Shown here: positions 46,901-53,394 of the stretch, piece after piece
How the letters are laid out: each line of letters starts with the position of its first letter
How positions within the stretch are numbered: position 1 is the first letter of the stretch
Notes under the pieces: model-generated
What the model was told of the DNA's origin: nothing
What the model saw: the letters and a program-made list of their open reading frames with translations, nothing else
The model's database searches: none
IMG/VR virus record: IMGVR_UViG_3300021425_002207
Location: 1 to 53,394 of that record
Strand: one strand, 5' to 3'
Source: a virus
Taxonomy: Duplodnaviria; Caudoviricetes
DNA: 53,394 nucleotides
Made by a program: the position numbers and the translations under genes

Positions 46901-47184
46901 TAGTTGAGCGTGTTGAATGGCAAGAAACTAGTTATGGAAGTTGGCATTCTGTAGTTGTCCGTCGTGACCCTGAAGGAAACTTCAGTCTAGTTGTTGACGG
47001 GACAGAGCAAGACACTGCTGCTACTGGCAACACGAGCGCTTTTGCTAACGAGATTACGTTGGGAGTGATTGGTGAAGGTGCAGCCAGCGAGTTCAACCCA
47101 CGGTTCGGGCTTGCAGAGTTCGGTATGTTTGATAGATACCTGTCTGACGCCGAAATTACACTGTTGGATACTCAAATTTCGTAG
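43927..47184 (+). CDS. Large baseplate wedge/tail protein (gpI-like region) with carbohydrate-binding/LamG-like domains
   Basis: YNLLP.FM..DD, L.DPDTA....L.WLA.VTG; C-terminal WH.VVV.R....L.VDG...FDRYLSDAEI LamG-like pattern. Confidence 0.7.
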   Translation: MSHKNFNIFSNEQSLFGSGNTYAGWEVTSSNGQLFRINEKGFYPTYVPGDRPGYSFIKNTLLVYSAGTDDVVVKSPWISAKSAYSYMASMYMSVEDTSATVTLDLEVSTTSSGTGDTYSSNSSLRQPTTADLVDGDSVMMFQSFNTLSNTSFVRMVITFGGQGSDPLTSQSGLFLYDPVISEDNITDSATFANVMYNLLPSFMLLDDQNITDFSETQPSILPLPLLRFVEVLTRPASEIADITIDFDYIRPTAGTESKSKLTDPDTAAAGSLLWLANVTGSTLLTAASGFTPWAAFDGYDWDDFDLIDGVDDDSVEWIDLQSFSEDFFDTVQGYRDQIRTGFSGLNAGRRDAIVNYLRTQLQTDSPTTAVLTVMTSDKDSPYRVELLVDPNVDPDASGTQLSDAVNNSMVVGGITTKVSQVTESAQGGYDFTTAVYPATESDAGSGGVTYYGKSFISDVEGYGRNILLNENSASATVPELGGGVGHAHFTTGSQYFYGDLTSSTYGSLLTASSSSCDLGASTTGFDIIAVVSDLKAPTAAVDTAGDGGATPADWLFREKRLLVSGHDSGGSDNDWAIYVVSGLTAGSDNDARLLFVEGYNVQNSTNYAYSTPIDFSELNHGGEFVLRVSRSALDGGDATVSFYAQRSLYDDWATNALGSGTITPDTAAAGADAQVQVLGEITGSGGGDWADAGPASCAVSRVMVFSSPISFGGDSDTSASAHAYVDGGATSNFGYYTYSPTVDIDLSGVSVYSASFNSVIDGITNLTTTVNEASSNDLDILAMRRIGGTTNFWYYGHAASGGDTLSIDGLTASTSHDVKVTVYTVADGTETEYSHAVSTDGSGVLTIDAQDTYTGSTTYAGSSIKQISVEESATEVAKFLPTTIAVGDTTGADSVDSNNTWTLTRTFPASSVAYAPSQLVNKDSIHVFEGSPKIHRPIKFETHMPFSVAMQIRRFWDSGTYDIFKLHTSDSDGLTIYFEDDYLKASFTQGSVVERVEWQETSYGSWHSVVVRRDPEGNFSLVVDGTEQDTAATGNTSAFANEITLGVIGEGAASEFNPRFGLAEFGMFDRYLSDAEITLLDTQIS

Positions 47185-47211
47185 TACAATATACGGAGGA
47201 GGTGCGTTTTT

Positions 47212-48645
47212 ATGGCTCTTAATAAGACCGGACGATTTGAAATTTATGAATGGAGTGCGGCTACTGACCCCTTTACTCGTGACCAGATGACTGAATCACA
47301 TCAGGTCTTGAAGACCCGTGCGGCTGGTTTCGTTACAACTGAGGAGTCACAACCTGACACCGACTTGAACGGGTACTTCTACTACACCAGCACTGACAGC
47401 AGCGCCGGTATCCTCAAGTACTCTAACGGTGTTGACTGGTTTAACATCAACGAGTCTGGTACGGTAGTTTCTCTTGATGGTACTACGTCTGACGGTACTG
47501 GTACTACTTTTGCTCTTGCTAATCACAAGCACGCTTTGGATGACAGTATTGTTACGACAGCGAAGATTAATGATCTTGCTGTGACTACAGGCAAAATTGC
47601 TACTGGTGCTGTTACTGAAGGTAAGATTGGTTCTGGTGCGGTCACTAACGCTAAACTTGGTAGCGATTTGGATGCTTCTAAGTTAACTGCTGGCACGCTG
47701 CCTGCTGCTAGGATTGGTTCTGGTGCTATTACGAATATTAAACTTGGTTCAGATTTAGACGCATCTAAGTTGACTGCGGGCACGTTGCCCGCTGCTCGTA
47801 TTGGGGCTAATGATATCACTCTGGGTAAGATTGAGCAGGTCGCTGCGCACGGTATTCTTGCTCGTGTTGATAGCACTACTGGCGATTTGTCGGAGTTGAC
47901 TGCTTCTACGAATCAGGTGTTGGGCCGTGGGGCATCAGGCAATTTGACGTTTGCTCAGGTTTCGACTGACCAGATTGCGAACGACGCAGTTAGTTACGCT
48001 AAGATGCAGAACGCTAGCGGTTACAGTATTTTAGGTAAGGCTGGTACGGGGTCTGGTGCGCTTGCTGAAATTACAGCAGGGACAGATTCGGTTCTGCGTC
48101 GTGATGGTTCTGGCAATTTAGCGTTTGGTAAGATTGACGGTAATCATATTACCAATAACTCTATTACTGCGACTCAGATTAATACTAATGCTGTTGGTTC
48201 GTCCGAGTTGGCTAACGATGCTGTCGATACGGCTGCGATTCAAGACGATGCTGTTACTAGTGCCAAGATTGCTAATAATGCTGTTGCATTGAGTACGCAA
48301 ACCACAGGTAACTACGTTGCTACAATAACTGGCGGTACAAGTATTTCAGTTTCCGGGTCCGGCTCAGAAGGTGCAGGTGTTACTATCAATCACTCAGACA
48401 CCTCTACATTAGACGGCTTCTACGGCGGCAGCGATAACGGTGTTGTTATCGAAGACATTACTGTTGACGCCCGTGGCCATGTTACTGGTATAGGTACCCG
48501 TGACCTTGATGGACGCTTCCCTCCTAAGGGAAGTACGTACACAAACAGCACGGGTGGCGGCGGTTACTGGGTTACTTACGGCACAGGCAACCCCAATAAC
48601 GGCGACGGCGCTCCCAACGGCTCTATCTATCTCCAGTACTCGTAA
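47212..48645 (+). CDS. Tail fibre protein with repeats
   Basis: (A/S)VT..KI...A 10-residue repeats, a 29-aa tandem duplication and ITVDARGHVT. Confidence 0.8.
   Translation: MALNKTGRFEIYEWSAATDPFTRDQMTESHQVLKTRAAGFVTTEESQPDTDLNGYFYYTSTDSSAGILKYSNGVDWFNINESGTVVSLDGTTSDGTGTTFALANHKHALDDSIVTTAKINDLAVTTGKIATGAVTEGKIGSGAVTNAKLGSDLDASKLTAGTLPAARIGSGAITNIKLGSDLDASKLTAGTLPAARIGANDITLGKIEQVAAHGILARVDSTTGDLSELTASTNQVLGRGASGNLTFAQVSTDQIANDAVSYAKMQNASGYSILGKAGTGSGALAEITAGTDSVLRRDGSGNLAFGKIDGNHITNNSITATQINTNAVGSSELANDAVDTAAIQDDAVTSAKIANNAVALSTQTTGNYVATITGGTSISVSGSGSEGAGVTINHSDTSTLDGFYGGSDNGVVIEDITVDARGHVTGIGTRDLDGRFPPKGSTYTNSTGGGGYWVTYGTGNPNNGDGAPNGSIYLQYS
47626..47799 (+). repeat. 87-bp tandem duplication within the tail fibre gene
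   Basis: IGSGA(V/I)TN(A/I)KLGSDLDASKLTAGTLPAAR occurs twice, starting at 47626 and 47713. Confidence 0.85.
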
Positions 48646-48656
48646 GGGAGGTAAGG

Positions 48657-49502
48657 ATGCCTGCAAAAGTTAAGATTAGTGGTACTTACCGAACAGTTCC
48701 TAATGCTGACCTATTCCTTAAACAAAACAGCAACTATAGTAGCCCTGTTATTGGGGGCTACGTTAAAGTTGGAGGCGGTTACCGTCAGTTTCATCAAGGC
48801 TCTGATCCTGTAACCTACTACTTTGTTGCTAGTGCTTCAAAGGCCGGTCGTGGAACGTCTTGGAAAACTAGCGGTGGTCAGGGTGGCGCTGATTATCCGC
48901 AGATTAGCCGGTACATAACAGCGTACCCTTGGTATGGTCTAGTGAAGTTCACCAACGACACTTCTGGTGTGTCTTTGTCATCCAGAATGTCTGTTCGCCC
49001 AGTAGTAAAGTCAGCCTACTTTAATGTTCAGCGTTGGAATGATGGTGGCTTTGGTTCAGGTTACGGTAACTTGTATGTTGGGCGATACACTGGCTCTTAT
49101 ACGGCGACGAACCCCAATCCCGGCTACTGTAACTTTACTTATTATGCTAGTAAGAATTGGTCGGGTTCTGGTTCTTCGGCGGGGTCTGTGAATTATTCTG
49201 ATAACTTTTTGTATCGTGGTGAGTTTGTGGGCGGTGATCCCGGCAGTTTCCCCGGTGGTGTTGCAGCAGGCGGTATTGAACTTGGTAGCAACCGGCAAAA
49301 CCTTGTTGATCACGTTAAGAATGGCAACGCTTTATGTTTATCACATACTACAAACAATGGTTCTTCAACGGGCGGATTGGCTCATTACGGTTCTGCAACT
49401 TATGCTGAGCAGGCTAACTATTGGAACTTTTGGCCAGCAGGGTACACAGCGTTTGGCGTCAACATCGGCCCTACACTTATTGTCACTTTAGATTACGTTT
49501 AA
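48657..49502 (+). CDS. Gly/Tyr/Ser-rich fibre tip or receptor-binding protein
   Basis: N-terminal KVKISG.YR / YVKVGGGYR motifs typical of fibre-tip adhesins; follows the fibre gene. Confidence 0.6.
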   Translation: MPAKVKISGTYRTVPNADLFLKQNSNYSSPVIGGYVKVGGGYRQFHQGSDPVTYYFVASASKAGRGTSWKTSGGQGGADYPQISRYITAYPWYGLVKFTNDTSGVSLSSRMSVRPVVKSAYFNVQRWNDGGFGSGYGNLYVGRYTGSYTATNPNPGYCNFTYYASKNWSGSGSSAGSVNYSDNFLYRGEFVGGDPGSFPGGVAAGGIELGSNRQNLVDHVKNGNALCLSHTTNNGSSTGGLAHYGSATYAEQANYWNFWPAGYTAFGVNIGPTLIVTLDYV

Positions 49503-49537
49503 TACTCCGAAAGGAGCCACTATGAGAGGAGAACAGA

Positions 49538-49840
49538 ATGTGGATAGAATTCTTAAACATGACTGTGCCCGCTCTGGTGGGTTCAGGGGTGACATTGACG
49601 GCAATTGTTTTAACAAATCAGCGCAAAACCAAAAAGTTGAACATGGAGGTTGATGCTGCTCAAGATTTCGTGTGGCTGGATTTAGTGAAGCAAAGTCGGA
49701 TAGAATATGCGTTACAGAGAAAAGAAAACAACAGGTTACGTTACATAACTCATCATTTGCAGGAAGAAGTCACTGTGTTAGAGCAGAAGAATTCTGATTT
49801 GCAGCAGGAACTGATGCGGCTACGTACTTTAGAAGAATAG
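49538..49840 (+). CDS. Membrane-anchored coiled-coil protein
   Basis: N-terminal hydrophobic segment followed by heptad repeats. Confidence 0.7.
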   Translation: MWIEFLNMTVPALVGSGVTLTAIVLTNQRKTKKLNMEVDAAQDFVWLDLVKQSRIEYALQRKENNRLRYITHHLQEEVTVLEQKNSDLQQELMRLRTLEE

Positions 49841-49849
49841 GAGTCTGGA

Positions 49850-50188
49850 ATGTCAGAAGATTTTGTGCCTTGGAGTGAACGTGGTGATGACGACAATGTT
49901 GACGATCTGTTAGGGTTGTTGGCGGATGCTCTGGAGGACAGTCAATCTTCTGATGCCACGACCTTACACACTCAACCTGATGACATGGTTAACGAGTTGG
50001 TGTCTAACGTTTTTGCTGCTCGTGGCGAGACTGGTGTTTTGGGTCATTTTATTTTTGCTGGTGAAATTATTGGTGAGAATGGTGATCCGCATTTAATGGT
50101 TGTGACTTCTGATAATCTTCCTGATTGGGTTGCTCGTGGTATGATTATGGCTGCGGATGACTATATTGCTGGGGGTGTGATCGAATGA
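49850..50188 (+). CDS. Hypothetical acidic protein
   Basis: AGGAG RBS; operon position. Confidence 0.7.
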   Translation: MSEDFVPWSERGDDDNVDDLLGLLADALEDSQSSDATTLHTQPDDMVNELVSNVFAARGETGVLGHFIFAGEIIGENGDPHLMVVTSDNLPDWVARGMIMAADDYIAGGVIE

Positions 50189-50526
50189 CTGCGGGAAGTT
50201 TAGATATTATTTGCACGAAGGGTTCCAGTTTTTCCACGTCGCTTACTATAAAAAATCCTGATAACGAGTTAGCGTCTTTAACTTATTGGGGTTCCCGTAT
50301 GCAGGTACGGAGAACCGTGTCTGCTAATTCGCCACTAATTGAGTTAACAACTGAAAATGGTAGACTTCAACATGACACAGAAAATGCTAAAATAACTATG
50401 AGCCTTACAGCGGAAGAGACAAATGGTTTAGAACTCGGTGACCATGTGTATGATTTGGAGTTGTATTCCACAGGTTCTAAAAATGCTGTTTTGCGACTAG
50501 TTAAGGGTAATTTTATTGTGGAGTAG
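50185..50526 (+). CDS. Small beta-sandwich adaptor, paralog of 41043-41387
   Basis: Shared RMQVRRT.S....L.ELTTENG and VYDLE motifs. Confidence 0.75.
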   Translation: MTAGSLDIICTKGSSFSTSLTIKNPDNELASLTYWGSRMQVRRTVSANSPLIELTTENGRLQHDTENAKITMSLTAEETNGLELGDHVYDLELYSTGSKNAVLRLVKGNFIVE

Positions 50527-50528
50527 TT

Positions 50529-50978
50529 ATGGCAGATTACGTGGTAACAGTTGAAGACATTGTAAATGCTGTATCCATTTCAGAGACTACGGCTAATTCT
50601 GTAACTGTAGTTGCTTCGACTTTCGTTAATGATGCAGGTGCGTCTTCTAACCTGTTTTATGCTGCTTCTAGCCCTAGCGACAGTTTGGGCACTGAGGGCG
50701 ATTTCTATATCAATACGTCTTCGGGTGAGTTGTGGGGGCCTAAGGGTGAATCGTCGTGGGGTAGCGATCCTTTACCTTTAATTCCTAAAAGGTTTACGCA
50801 CAATCAGGCATCTGCGTCTAGTTCGTGGGACATTACCCATACTTTAGATGGTTTTCCCTCTGTAACTGTTGTCGATTCTGCCGGTACAGTCGTTGTTGGT
50901 ACGGTATCATATAATAGTACAAGTAGTGTGACTGTTTCGTTTGAATCAGCATTTGCGGGTAAAGCATACCTAACATGA
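50529..50978 (+). CDS. Fibre-associated protein
   Basis: P....G..GDFYINT....LWGPK and H.Q..ASS.W.I.H.L..FPSVTVVD..G...F.GKAYL. Confidence 0.7.
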   Translation: MADYVVTVEDIVNAVSISETTANSVTVVASTFVNDAGASSNLFYAASSPSDSLGTEGDFYINTSSGELWGPKGESSWGSDPLPLIPKRFTHNQASASSSWDITHTLDGFPSVTVVDSAGTVVVGTVSYNSTSSVTVSFESAFAGKAYLT

Positions 50979-50991
50979 GTTCGGAGAGGTA

Positions 50992-52599
50992 ATGGCTCAG
51001 AAATTCTTAACTAATCTTGACCTAAATAAGAATGAATTGCAGAATGCGAAGATTCAGAATCTTGGCACCGCTCCTTCATCTCCTGAAGACGGTCAAGTTT
51101 ACTTTGATACCGGTGATAATGCCCTTAAGGTTTACGACGGTACGTCATGGGTGAACCTTCAGGAAGGTGACATTTCTGGCGTTACTGCCGGTACTGGTCT
51201 TTCTGGTGGCGGTACTAGCGGTGCTGTTACTATTAACCTAGCGGACACTGCTGTTTCGGCAGGTTCGTATGGTTCTGCCACTGCTATCCCTACGTTCACT
51301 GTTGACGCTCAGGGTCGTTTGACGGCTGTCAGCACTGCTTCGATTTCTACCAACCTTTCCTTCACTGACGATAGTAGTACTTCCGCTAGCGTGGCCCTGA
51401 ATGGTGGCACGCTAAGCATTCTTGGCGGTACTGGCGTTGCTACCACGGCTAATGATTCTTCTGATTCGCTCACCGTGGCGATTGGTCAGGATGTTGGAAC
51501 CACAGCCGATGTAACATTTAACACTGTTACGGCCAACCTGACTGGGAATGTTACAGGCGATGTGTCTGGCAATGCAGGTACGGCAACTGCGTTAGAGACT
51601 GGTCGCACGATTGCTCTTTCTGGTGATGTTACTGCCACGGGCGTATCCTTCGACGGTACTGGCAATATTACGCTTACTACCGCAATGGCTAATGACAGTG
51701 TTGACCTTGGTACACACACGACAGGCGACTATGTTCAGAATTTGGTTGCTGGTACAGGTGTTTCTGTTTCTGTTACTTCTGGTGAAGGCCAGACACCTAC
51801 GGTTGCGATTGGTCAGGCCGTTGGTACGAGCGATAACGTAACCTTCAATGATGTTACAGTTTCTGGCAACCTTACTGTTAGCGGAACAACGACAACGATT
51901 GATACTGCTACGCTGTCTGTTGAAGACCCGCTGATTGTTCTTGCTAGCGGCAACGATAGTGCTGACGCTGTTGACATCGGTTTCTACGGCCTCTATGACA
52001 CTTCTGGTTCGCAAGACCTGTACGCTGGTCTTTTCCGTGACGCTTCAGACGGTAAGTTCCGACTGTTCGTAGATTCTCAGGTTGCTCCGACGACGACGGT
52101 CAACACTGGTGGGACTGGCTACACTGCGGCTACGCTAGTTGTAGGCACTCTTGAAGGCGCTGTTACCGGCGACTTGACAGGTAATGTTACGGGTAACGTA
52201 ACCGGCGACTTGACTGGTGACGTAACCGGCGACTTGACCGGTACTGTTCTCACTGCATCACAGACCAACATTACAGCGATTGGTACGATTGCTACTGGTG
52301 AATGGCAGGCAACCGATATTGCTGTTGCCCACGGTGGTACTGGCGCTTCGGATGCTGCCGGTGCAAAAACTAACCTTGGTTTCATGACCCGCCATGCGGC
52401 GACTATTGGAAATAACTCAGATACCGTTATTGCTGTCACACACAACCTTGGCACCGACGATGTTGTTGTGGAAGTTTATGATGCTTCCACGAAGGAAACC
52501 GTAATCTGTGATGTTGACCGCACAAGTACAAACGAGGTAACATTGACGTTCTCCTCAGCCCCAGCCACTAACGCTCTCCGGGTCGTTATCATTGGCTGA
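50992..52599 (+). CDS. Tail fibre protein
   Basis: VTAGTGLSGGG, AGSYGSAT.IP.FTVDAQGRLT, LTGNVTGD repeats, V.GNLTV.GTTTT and a C-terminal HNLGT.DV.V.VYD module. Confidence 0.82.
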   Translation: MAQKFLTNLDLNKNELQNAKIQNLGTAPSSPEDGQVYFDTGDNALKVYDGTSWVNLQEGDISGVTAGTGLSGGGTSGAVTINLADTAVSAGSYGSATAIPTFTVDAQGRLTAVSTASISTNLSFTDDSSTSASVALNGGTLSILGGTGVATTANDSSDSLTVAIGQDVGTTADVTFNTVTANLTGNVTGDVSGNAGTATALETGRTIALSGDVTATGVSFDGTGNITLTTAMANDSVDLGTHTTGDYVQNLVAGTGVSVSVTSGEGQTPTVAIGQAVGTSDNVTFNDVTVSGNLTVSGTTTTIDTATLSVEDPLIVLASGNDSADAVDIGFYGLYDTSGSQDLYAGLFRDASDGKFRLFVDSQVAPTTTVNTGGTGYTAATLVVGTLEGAVTGDLTGNVTGNVTGDLTGDVTGDLTGTVLTASQTNITAIGTIATGEWQATDIAVAHGGTGASDAAGAKTNLGFMTRHAATIGNNSDTVIAVTHNLGTDDVVVEVYDASTKETVICDVDRTSTNEVTLTFSSAPATNALRVVIIG

Positions 52600-52690
52600 T
52601 AAGATGTCACGGGAAAACAAACCGTGGCGCTACGGGTCCAGACGACAGTTGGGATCAGTAGTTACTCCGCCGTGCAGGCGATTACCCGAC

Positions 52691-52729
52691 AGGGGGTGGG
52701 GCTGGTTGTAGTTCCAGCCCCACCTCTTA
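52691..52729 (+). terminator. GC-rich hairpin, probable terminator
   Basis: GGGGTGGGGCTGG / CCAGCCCCACCTC stem with only a weak U-tract. Confidence 0.6.
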
Positions 52730-52795
52730 TGCTACAATAAGGGAAGTACTACTGTTGTGCTTGAGGGCACACTGTCTTAAGGATCGGTTGAGGCC

Positions 52796-53394
52796 GTGGC
52801 AAGAAAATTCAAAACTCCTATAACTATTGATGAGTTGGGGTCTGCTTCTTCGCAGGCTCTCGCCGCTAATGTGGATGGTGATTCACAGAATCGTATCAAT
52901 ATTGATGCGGGCGGTAAGATTACTTGGGGTTCTGGTTCTGCCACTGGTGACACGACGCTTTATAGGTCTGCTGCTGATACTCTGAAGACGGATGATGCTT
53001 TTACTGCCACGTCTTTGGCCGTTACTGGTCAGTTTACTTTTCCTACGTCGGATGGTTCTGCGGATCAGGTTATTACGACTAATGGTTCTGGTACGTTAAC
53101 TTGGTCTGATGTTTCTGCGAATGCTACGGTGTCTGATACGGCTCCGTCTTCTCCTGCTACTGGTCAGATTTGGTATGAGTCTGATACTGGTAGGACGTTT
53201 GTGTATTATGATTCGTTTTGGGTTGAGGTTGGTGCTTCGCCGCCTGCGTCTCCTTTTATTACGGATTTGGATGAGGATACGAAGATTCAGGTTGAGGAGT
53301 CTGCGGATGAAGATAAGATTCGTTTTGATACTGCCGGTTCGGAGCGGATGATTATTGATTCGTCTGGCAATGTCGGTATCGGCACAACGTCGCC
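52796..53394 (+). CDS. Tail fibre-like protein (3'-truncated; absent from the ORF track)
   Basis: GTG 52796 after GAGG; the frame is open to the window end: MARKFKTPI...FPTSDGSADQVITTNGSGTLTW..APSSPATGQIWYESDTG..ERMIIDSSGNVGIGTTS. Confidence 0.85.
   Translation, partial: MARKFKTPITIDELGSASSQALAANVDGDSQNRINIDAGGKITWGSGSATGDTTLYRSAADTLKTDDAFTATSLAVTGQFTFPTSDGSADQVITTNGSGTLTWSDVSANATVSDTAPSSPATGQIWYESDTGRTFVYYDSFWVEVGASPPASPFITDLDEDTKIQVEESADEDKIRFDTAGSERMIIDSSGNVGIGTTS

Noticed and set aside
52160-52243. Short direct repeats (ACCGGCGACTTGAC) as a CRISPR or DGR element
   Set aside because: They are in-frame 12-nt-period repeats encoding (L/V)TG(D/N) fibre repeats. There are no unique spacers and no cas or reverse transcriptase gene in the window.
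1195-53351. Numerous short overlapping or antisense ORFs in the track (e.g. 23813-24457 minus, 10087-10524 plus, 53109-53351 plus)
   Set aside because: They are shadows of longer, motif-bearing genes, lack an RBS or domain signal, and are explained by codon bias.

Overview
This window is a 53 kb piece of a large tailed phage genome with a contractile (myovirus-type) tail. Almost every gene is on the + strand. The host is probably actinobacterial, inferred from many leaderless genes, a short-variable-arm tRNA-Leu(UAA) and an actinobacterial-style AhpC. It holds a head module (giant multi-enzyme protein, multidomain basic head protein, HK97-fold capsid), neck, sheath, tube, chaperone, tape measure, baseplate and fibre genes, and three cell-wall hydrolases. 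Two inserted islands carry metabolic and replication genes: class II RNR, AhpC, a DUF1599-like protein, SNase, a DEDD exonuclease, an IMPDH/GMPR-family enzyme, PolA, a sigma70, HNH, a tRNA and a DenV-like glycosylase. The best candidate for an undescribed system is the >2300-aa head-module protein. It joins repeated RCPPG-x-GG Cys motifs to Nudix, HipA/PI3K-like kinase and possible ADP-ribosyltransferase domains, has Lys-ended linkers that may be prohead-protease sites, and is followed by small candidate immunity genes. Also found: a kissing-loop ncRNA candidate, a shared 39-bp late-promoter motif, a non-canonical -1 frameshift in the tail chaperone and an unannotated protamine-like peptide. 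All family calls come from motif recognition by eye; no database searches were run.
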